Source of the DNA: Macrostomum hystrix
Lineage: Eukaryota; Animalia; Platyhelminthes
Direction: 5' to 3'
Length of the DNA: 64,000 nucleotides
Assembly: GCA_950097015.1 (NCBI GenBank)
Contig: CATNEN010000010.1
Location: forward strand, 2,852,001 to 2,916,000
Positions 57,201 to 64,000 of this stretch are shown piece by piece (position 1 is the first letter of the stretch; each line of letters begins with the position of its first letter). A program made the translations under genes and the position numbers. The notes below the pieces were generated by a model. It had not been told where the DNA came from, made no database searches, and worked only from the letters and a program-made list of their open reading frames with translations.

Positions 57201-60200
57201 TCCTTCAAGCGAGGAGTCGCAATCTAAGATGAAGAGCCCAGCTGACGGACTGAAGTCAGGGTACGCAAGGATTGGAGGCGCGCACAGATTTGCTTTCAGC
57301 TCTTCGAAAGCTTTGTCATGCTGCTCCAGCCAGCAGAATGTCGACGATCCTTTAGCTAGCGCATACAGCGGCGATGCGATCACGGAAAAACGTTGCACGA
57401 ACTTTCTATAGTAGTTCGCGAATCCTAGGAACGCTAATAATTGCTTTTTATCTGATGGTTTGCACCAATTCTTTACCGCGTCGATCTTTGCTGGGTCGGC
57501 TTCAATTCCTTGAGCTGAAACAACGAAGCCTAAGAACCGAACGCGATCCTTGAAAAGCTCACATTTAGCTGGTTTAATTTTTAAGTTTGCCTTTTTAAGT
57601 TGCCAGAGGACAAGCGCCAAGTGGACGATCATTTCGTCATTGTCCCTGGCCTTTATGATTATATCGTCAAGATAGATAAGACTCACGCGCATGAGTAAAG
57701 GCCTGAACACCCTGTGCATCAACTTGGCAAAGTTTGCCGGTGCTGTCTTGATGCCAAAGGGTACGACCTTCCATCGGAAAGTGCCTTGGGGGCATGAGAA
57801 TGCTGTGATGTCTCGATCGCATTCGCGAATACCTACTTGCCAATAAGCTGCGGTGAGATCTAAACTGGAAAATATTTTCGACTCTGCTAGGCTATCAAAC
57901 GATTCTTCTATTAGTGGTAAAGGAAAGGTGCATGGCTTGATTACTTTGTTGACCTGTCGATAGTCAATACACAGGCGTTGGGAACCATCTTTTTTCCGAA
58001 CTAAGACTATTGGAGAGGACCACTCAGAGTCGCACTCTTCAATGATTCCTTGATTGACTAACTGGCTTATATGTTTGTCTAAAAATTCCTTCTGCGAGGG
58101 GGTCGTGCGCCTAGATGGCTGCCAGATAGGGCGGCAAGCCGACTCCTGCAGCTCAATTGTCATCTCATGTACATGTGTTTTTCCTAGGTCTGTTTCGCTA
58201 AGCGATATCTGACTACTAAAATAGTTCAGCAGCTTAAGTGTTACTGTCAGCTGGTTCTTCGATAGGGTGGTCTCATTGAGCTTAAACTGTGTAGTCAGCC
58301 AAGATGCTATTCCTGGGTCTGGGTCAGGGAGTTTTGCAAGCTTGGCTCCAAGATCTTCAGAGCTGCTGATGGAGAAATCTTTCTCAGATACAGGCGTGAC
58401 AGAAATTGAATCCCCATGTTCAAGGCTCCTAAAAGAGGCGATTTCCTGCCCCATGGAGATCGATGATGGCTGGTCACTACTGTTTAATAGGCGCACGAGT
58501 ACATGGTTAGTGGTGCTTACACTGTCAACAGAGTGTGCTACGAACAGCTCTGAGTCCCGGCAGAAGAGTTTAGTGCCTAGAACACCCTGAGTACCAGGAT
58601 CAGCACCTGAGACCCGGCTTGGCACCATAGTCTCTGACCTGGGGAGTAGCTGCACGTTGCAGGCGGCTGTGACTCTGCGTGCCTGGAAAACTCCCTTGTC
58701 ACCTTCAATGACTGGTACAGGCTCTCCAGCTACAGTTACCTGACCATCAGCAACAAGCAAGTTAACGCTAAAGCTTCTCATAAAGTCTATTCCTAACAGC
58801 AAATCTGAAACCTGACCTACCGTTACCAGGAAAACGTGGGTCTGCTTCTTCTTTCCAAGTTTGACCTCACAGTGAAGCGTGCCCAAAATCTGTGACGAGG
58901 TTCCATTGAATGCTGTCGCGGCTTGGTATTGTCTAGCAGGGACAAATTTGTGATTTATGGGATCATTTGCGATCAGCTGGTCCTTGATTTTAGTTCCAAC
59001 GACACTAGCATTGCAACCTGAATCAAGGCAAGCGATGTACTTATCGTTACCTATTTCTAACTGCACGAACATGCTGGACTCGACTCTAGCCTCGTTAGTC
59101 AGCGTTTGATCACAACGGACAGGGAATGGATAGCGGCAGACTCCTATCGCCTTATCTCGGTTGTGAGCTGGGTCCGTTTGACGCCAGAACTGTACGATTG
59201 TGCCTACCAGTTGGCGCCGATTGGCTAACTGTTGTAGCTCATTGTCTAAGCTGGATTGATGAAAGAAGATGGAGCCTGGTATTTGGCTTGGTTGGATGAA
59301 GCCAAATCCAGTCTTCAAAGCCGTGATGGTACCTGTCTCCATCACCTGACTCTGAGAAACGATGGTGTTTGGTCTTCCACCACCTGTCCCGCCGAAGGGC
59401 AATGGCTGTGGGCAGTCCGCGGTACGATGATCACCAGCACCGCATCGGTTGCAGGACCTGCGCATCTTGCGAGATTGGTGACTTTTTTGGGTCCTATAAC
59501 TATCCATTTTGTGTGTCTGTGGTCCTTGGTCACTGGTAGAGTTAAGATTTGCATGCCCTTTTAATTGGGACTCTGTCTGGAAGGCTGGCGAAGAAGCCTG
59601 ATTTTGCTGAAGCAGTTTCTCTAGTTCACGAACACGGGCTTCCAGCTCTGCTGTTCTGTCAGGAGCTGCTGTCCTTACAACAAGAGGGACAGTTTCACCG
59701 GACAGGAGCTTCTTGACGCCTGCTATTTCCCTAGCCTTCTTTGCAAGATCTTCAGCTGTCCATGATGGGTTCTCTTGCCCAAGAAGTATCAGCCTTTCTG
59801 CAAGGGCCTTGTCTCGCAGCCCATAGCAGAACCTTGCTCGGACTAGAGGTTCAGCATCACATTTTTTCCTGTTCGCTGTTTTCGACAGCCTTATCAACCT
59901 GTCAAAGAACTCTTGTGTGGATTCCAGATTTGTCTGAGTCGCGGCAGCTAGTTCTAAAAAGCTCTTATGTTCAGTTCCTGAGTCTGTGAATCGCTCTTTA
60001 AGCCTCATCAGAGCTGTCTGAATGGATTCATGGTGCAATGAGTTGTTGAATATGAATTCTTGGCACTCAGGTGCCAGCATGGACAGCAGGACTGCTGGTT
60101 GTTGTGGGGTTGGCACGTGGTGTGCATCAACATACGTTAGGAACTGTGTTTCCCAAAGCTCGAAATTCATTTCTGGTTGGAATGGTGGTGGTGGTCGCAG

Positions 60201-60446
60201 TTTAGGGCTTGAATTAGGGATTTTCTCAGCTGCTGTTGATGCTTCTCTGTCACACGTTTTTTCTAGTATCATAGTCAGAGTCTGGAGCACTTTTTGCAGT
60301 TCTAACTGGCCTACATTTACTTCAGGTGGCTTCACATCATTGTTCCCTCCTGGTGGAGCTGACTGAGTTTGGTTGTCTCCTGCCTGTAGGTTCACTTGAG
60401 CTCCAGCACCATCAGGCGGCAGTGCCTCGTCACCCTCTCCGATCAT
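54246..60446 (-). CDS. Gag-Pol polyprotein, 2066 aa: Gag, CCHC, cold-shock-like domain, protease, RT, RNase H, integrase
   Basis: CNRCGAGDHRTADC; LDSGC; IYLDDIII; LDCDSS..GGVLSQ; H..INH..C..C; ADHAGP, SDNGTAF, GKAER; GPY; terminal TRSGRQVRKPQRF. Confidence 0.95.
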   Translation of the reverse strand: MIGEGDEALPPDGAGAQVNLQAGDNQTQSAPPGGNNDVKPPEVNVGQLELQKVLQTLTMILEKTCDREASTAAEKIPNSSPKLRPPPPFQPEMNFELWETQFLTYVDAHHVPTPQQPAVLLSMLAPECQEFIFNNSLHHESIQTALMRLKERFTDSGTEHKSFLELAAATQTNLESTQEFFDRLIRLSKTANRKKCDAEPLVRARFCYGLRDKALAERLILLGQENPSWTAEDLAKKAREIAGVKKLLSGETVPLVVRTAAPDRTAELEARVRELEKLLQQNQASSPAFQTESQLKGHANLNSTSDQGPQTHKMDSYRTQKSHQSRKMRRSCNRCGAGDHRTADCPQPLPFGGTGGGRPNTIVSQSQVMETGTITALKTGFGFIQPSQIPGSIFFHQSSLDNELQQLANRRQLVGTIVQFWRQTDPAHNRDKAIGVCRYPFPVRCDQTLTNEARVESSMFVQLEIGNDKYIACLDSGCNASVVGTKIKDQLIANDPINHKFVPARQYQAATAFNGTSSQILGTLHCEVKLGKKKQTHVFLVTVGQVSDLLLGIDFMRSFSVNLLVADGQVTVAGEPVPVIEGDKGVFQARRVTAACNVQLLPRSETMVPSRVSGADPGTQGVLGTKLFCRDSELFVAHSVDSVSTTNHVLVRLLNSSDQPSSISMGQEIASFRSLEHGDSISVTPVSEKDFSISSSEDLGAKLAKLPDPDPGIASWLTTQFKLNETTLSKNQLTVTLKLLNYFSSQISLSETDLGKTHVHEMTIELQESACRPIWQPSRRTTPSQKEFLDKHISQLVNQGIIEECDSEWSSPIVLVRKKDGSQRLCIDYRQVNKVIKPCTFPLPLIEESFDSLAESKIFSSLDLTAAYWQVGIRECDRDITAFSCPQGTFRWKVVPFGIKTAPANFAKLMHRVFRPLLMRVSLIYLDDIIIKARDNDEMIVHLALVLWQLKKANLKIKPAKCELFKDRVRFLGFVVSAQGIEADPAKIDAVKNWCKPSDKKQLLAFLGFANYYRKFVQRFSVIASPLYALAKGSSTFCWLEQHDKAFEELKANLCAPPILAYPDFSPSAGLFILDCDSSLEGVGGVLSQEGPGGQEHVVAYASKKFTQSQKNYCATMRELLGLVIMLEHFRTYLLDRKFLVRSDAAALQWLHTKKHSTGMLAQWLATIEVYDFSVSQTPLERLAENDFSVEHRAGVKHVNADVLSRNPRFRADHHDCPTCSQIEAFNEKFRSLEGQENQKDQEFVQVPVQLRATRTDTSSQTEPPPELCKTQPQSGSDSVVTKTEVTARDRHEADAEMMTTETQTEQPNVISRTSHIPLQQDSTCTLPSSATVLSYQPNEVSENQFALAPISQMSGEIGVNQGQHASRAGQVEQLEEDSDEDEMTQEAENIWARDAQESSTDLVRLIEAVAGNSPKLKKEEVQDCSREIRTLWAMFDELEVVDGLLIRVKPAKQGQIAKRLIIIPETADIDELVSCYHREINHCGTGKTVRALKQRFQITNLEVFVKGVIAECEICSRTKKSKRLNKEPLKPIQSGYPNQIVHADHAGPFPELDGSRYLLILVDNFSGFVEIIPVSDVSAETTATAILTEWVVRYGAMESLISDNGTAFVNKTIAELARLLEVDLSRITARRPQANGKAERTVQTIKAQIRAVCLEKRINWPFAAQLVGLSIRSTTAESTGWTPARLFFGRELTLQLDLKFNTPRQDRYNPDSYAHRLHKLLVEVPAIARQVRGKAQQRQKRNYDPNAIHSNFEIGELVWVLNPDHRGLDTAVWLGPYKVVQKISERNYRLIPEFARVNPLCQAPNPNHNIYNVDRIKRCIRKQTYQDVVDRFGLRVPAMIPPSRLGLLDDQSVGRADPSPGTTSESEEYHPCEKRASEISYSSEDEVRCPSYAAVSVVSARTEPPEPRRASSPEPQHILPTDPPRVTSPDSRRTLPPDSPPEALETSLVVMRPDEVPEVGAEVQILAEQGFEPQVIHSNSTIAAVNESISSKGLGDNSDTRPGASLNEDAVESSGAGQQAEDLVAPSEPASAGSTLSPVMTTRSGRQVRKPQRFLSRVVRFCTRR

Positions 60447-61018
60447 TTAGAGAAGCGGAATGAGAATAGGAAAAGAGGAGATGGAAGGTTAAAGGTGAAG
60501 GCAGACACAGAATTGTCTGGCAGAGAAAGAGGCCCCTACTCAAATTCTTGGAAACGCTGGCGAACGACCAAAATTTTATGTGCTAAACTCTGCCAGACGG
60601 GCCCTATACAAAAAATTATTTCTAAGCCTAAAAACGAGACAGCCTCACCAAGCCAGTACTGCCAGTGCCGCGGCGTGTTGAGCTCGTGGGGGTGTTGTCG
60701 CTCTGGCTGAGGACGTACAATTAACGTTGGACTTGCGGTCGGACACTGGTTAGGTCGTCTCTGATTGGTTGGCAGGTAATCAGCCAATTAGGTTGCTCCG
60801 ACTTCTAACTTCTAGCTTCTAGTATTCCAAACTAGGCAGTCACAGCTAGGCAAACAGGCAACTATGACGGTGCATATGCCCTTTAATTCGGCACTTGCTG
60901 TTGGTCAGGGTTAGACGCCGATGTTGATGTGTAGTCAGTAGCAGTGTAGAAGTGTAGTAGTGTAGCGGTAGCGGTAGCAATTTTGTTCTTGTCTTCGAGG
61001 TGGGACCCTCCAAATTTA

Positions 61019-61330
61019 TGTGACGAATAAAGGTTAGTGTAGCGGTAATATCGTCGAATTATATTTGATATAAATGTGTATATATATTTCCAAAGTAATC
61101 TCGATGCTCACACGCTCGACACAAGGCAGGGTAGAGCAGAAAAATATACATACGTTGCTTTTTAAAAAGGACAGCTAATTCTTAGAATGATACAATATAA
61201 CAATAATTAGTAAAAATGCTTAGCATATAAATAATAATCTTGTCAGCAACTTGTAATGTAGCGAATTACTATAAAATAAATAAGCAATTAAACTACCAAT
61301 TAAACTACAATTAAAGGTTACACCGTCACA
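61019..61330 (-). repeat. 5' LTR of Ty3/gypsy-3 (312 bp)
   Basis: 7-bp terminal inverted repeats TGTGACG/CGTCACA with adjacent PBS. Confidence 0.85.
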
Positions 61331-62175
61331 ATTGCCTATGCTCTTAGTGGGGTGCCTATTACAGGAGTTAGGTTGGGTGAAATATGCTAAATGGTTGGGT
61401 GAAAAAAATTGGCATTTCATTCTCATGCCTATACTGCATCTACTCTATATCTATTCGGTATTCATATTCAGTATTCATTATAATATTCATTAGTTGGATT
61501 TGGAAAATCTTGGATTCATTTCATCTATAATATATATAAAAGTGAAAACTCTGTCTGTGTGTGTGTGTGTCTGTCTGTGTGTGTGCAACCTTTTGTCTTT
61601 ATAGACGCCGAAACCGCTCAACCAAATCGCACCAAACTTTGCACATACCTAAAACCACCTACGCTGAGTGCAATAGGCTACTCAAATTCCCGAAAAATCA
61701 TTTCCTTCCTGCTCAAAAGTGCAAAAAACTGCTCAAAAATCGTCAAAAAATCACTCAATTCGACATATCGTCGCCCCACTTTGTCAGATTTTCTCCAAAT
61801 TTGATCCACTTACACTTTACATGTTTTCCAACAATGCTGTCAATTTTGAACATCTCTACTCAATCCAGAGCAAAGCTGCATCATCTCAAAGTGAGTCACT
61901 TTTTGTTTTCCGAGGACAGCCACCCCAACTCCCCTCCGCCACTCTGCGGGCCAAATTTTATTACAGCCACCCCCTCCCTTCCCCGGGCGCCGAAGCCCCA
62001 GACTGTACATTGAATTTCAAGCCGTGAATGTACACAGCCCAAACCCCTAGACTGTCTACTGGCCCCCAAGCAGCACTGAGACTGAGTGCGGTGAGTGCGG
62101 TGGCGTCCCAGTGCGCAGGGCTCTCCGGTCGATATTTCTCTCCAGCCAGCCTGGGATAGAAGAAAGAGAGAGGCT

Positions 62176-62796
62176 GGCGTTGACTGGCTGTCAGAGAGGG
62201 CAATTCTGTGTCCTAGAAATGATGCCGCCAACGAAATTAACTACCAACTGCTTCAGGAGTTGCCAGGTGCAGTTTTCACCTACAAGTCAATTGATACAAC
62301 GTTGACTGATGACACCGCTGTGGAGTATCCTGTTGAGTTTCTGAACTCTCTAGATCCTCCTGGAACTCCATCGCACAACTTGCAGCTGAAAGTTGGGGCA
62401 CCAATTATGCTCCTCCGCAACCTGAATGTGCCAAGGCTGTGTAACGGCACCAGACTGATAGTCAGGCGGCTCTTCCCACACGTGATTGAGGCCACGATAA
62501 TGACTGGATCTGGCAGAGGAGAGTCTGTGTTCGTTCCCCGGATTCCAATTATCCCCACGGACCTGCCATTTCAGTTCAAGCGACTGCAGTTCCCTGTGAG
62601 AGTGTGCTTTGCGATGACTATTAACAAGGCTCAGGGACAGTCGCTGAAGGTGGCTGGCATCAACCTGGAGACTCCTTGCTTCTCGCATGGGCAGCTTTAT
62701 GTCGCCTGCTCCCGTGTTGGAACTCCAGCTGGCCTATTCATTTTCGCACCAAGGGGAAGAACGAAGAATGTGGTGTATGCCCAGGCCTTGAAGTGA
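62176..62796 (+). pseudogene. C-terminal fragment of Helitron Pif1-like helicase
   Basis: RAILCPRN, LKVGAPIMLLRNL..LCNGTRL, KRLQFPVRVCFAMTINKAQGQSL, FSHGQLYVACSRV; the N-terminal Rep and helicase core are absent. Confidence 0.9.
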
Positions 62797-62948
62797 CTCG
62801 CAAGCAATTAATAGAAAAGTAGTCACGAATTGACCTTGACCTGTCTAACTCTGAACTCTGAAACAGTTAAATTTTGTTTCTTTGACATTGTTATTGTTAT
62901 GTCATGGCTATTTTCCTTATGTCTACGCGTGTACATGCATACTGTATA

Positions 62949-63206
62949 CAGAGGCAGATTTAGGGGGGGGCGGGGGGGCAGTCGCCCCCCTAAATTTTAA
63001 TCATGGGAATAAGATGCCCCCACCATGCACCCCCCACCTTTTCGGCCGCTGGCGCCCCTTTTTCAGCCGCTGGCTCCCGTTTTTCAGCCGCTGGCGCCCT
63101 TTCTTGGCTCCTGGCGCCCTTTTTCGGCCGCTGGCACCCCCTCTGTGATTCTCATGGCGCTCCCCTGACAGACCGCCCCAAAACAAAATTCCTGGATCTG
63201 CCACTG
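62949..63206. mobile_element. hAT-type MITE nested in Helitron copy 2
   Basis: Same TIRs and same ACTGTATA TSD (62941-62948, 63207-63214) as in copy 1. Confidence 0.85.
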
Positions 63207-64000
63207 ACTGTATAGAGGAGTGGCTAAGAGACATGTTTCTAAAGAAGTAATCAAGAGGGGGCTGTTTGGACAAACTTTTCACTTATTTTTTACTTAAAAC
63301 GCCCTTAAACAAACTCTTCACTTTTCATTAATGCAGTAAATAAATAAATGGTGACCTTCACTATAAAGTTAATACAGAGACGTGAATTGCTTACTGCTTT
63401 GCTTTAAATTTCTGCCCCCAAAAAACAACGGGCCAAAAAAGCTAGTTTCATCTATAAATAATAATGCTTACAATTCATGCATACCGATATCTGATACTAA
63501 TATGTGCTATGGGCATGGGCCTTGATACCTAATACACAAGTGTCAAGTGACAACACTGTCTATTTTAATTAACTTAAACTTTTTAGCTAATTTCTTTTTG
63601 CTTGGTGTACTAGACAGTTTTTATCAAAGTAGACCTAAGAGTAGCACACAATTGCCAATATTTAATTGACTTTATAAACAAAACTTTAAGGTAGAAAATT
63701 TATTAAGGTAATGTATCATCAACCAAACAAGAATGTGTATTTTTTAACTTCAAACCTAAGCTAGGCCTACAGATTTTCTATTTAAGATAGGCCTATGATA
63801 AACCAAAAGCCAAGTTATAGAAAACAGTTACATCTTTCTAAAAAGTATCTGCTTTTGCTATTTTGTCAAATAGAAAAAGTTATTCCTGCTTTTTATCTAA
63901 AACTGTACAATAATTTTCAATTTTCATGTATCTTCAAACCAAACAGAGAATTTGATGTTTGGTTTTACAATTTGACTGAGTGGTTTAATCTTATCTTAAG

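Larger units (their letters stand above)
52990..61330 (-). mobile_element. Ty3/gypsy-3, intact ORF, 3' LTR reduced to its first bases
   Basis: 5' LTR 61019-61330 (TGTGACG..CGTCACA); PBS TGGAGGGTCCCACC (60999-61012, tRNA-Gln-like); PPT GGGGAGGGAGGCGGG (52998-53012) followed by TGTGACGGTGTAACC, identical to the 5' LTR start. Confidence 0.92.
61524..63445 (+). mobile_element. Non-autonomous Helitron, copy 2
   Basis: A|TC 5' end, hairpin and CTAG|T 3' end; same termini and same nested MITE as copy 1. Confidence 0.9.

Noticed and set aside
54338-60366. Plus-strand ORFs opposite Gag-Pol, the LINE and other TE genes
   Set aside because: Antisense shadows of GC-rich coding sequence without motifs.

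Overview
Eukaryotic (probably invertebrate animal) DNA with an AT-rich background and spliceosomal introns, almost wholly occupied by nested transposable elements. The only host-like gene is an exon encoding an N-terminal LOTUS/OST-HTH domain (TDRD5/TDRD7-like) that runs off the left edge on the minus strand. Two copies of one Helitron family bracket the nest (569-1631, 61524-63445). Between them lie an intact mariner, several CACTA/EnSpm-like elements with spliced accessory genes (SAMD3-like, BEN, DUF4806-like), three Ty3/gypsy elements, a DIRS/Ngaro-type tyrosine-recombinase retrotransposon, an RTE-like LINE, a solo LTR and a non-autonomous LTR element. Most notable: (1) a cold-shock domain inside an intact Ty3 Gag-Pol between the zinc knuckle and protease; (2) an EH-domain plus coiled-coil ORF placed directly after the PBS of a short LTR element; (3) every strand-assignable element between 3.1 and 61.3 kb is on the minus strand, next to a piRNA-pathway-like gene; (4) a canonical -1 slippery site and a splice acceptor that could explain DIRS RT and YR expression. 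All domain calls are by-eye motif recognition; no database searches were run.
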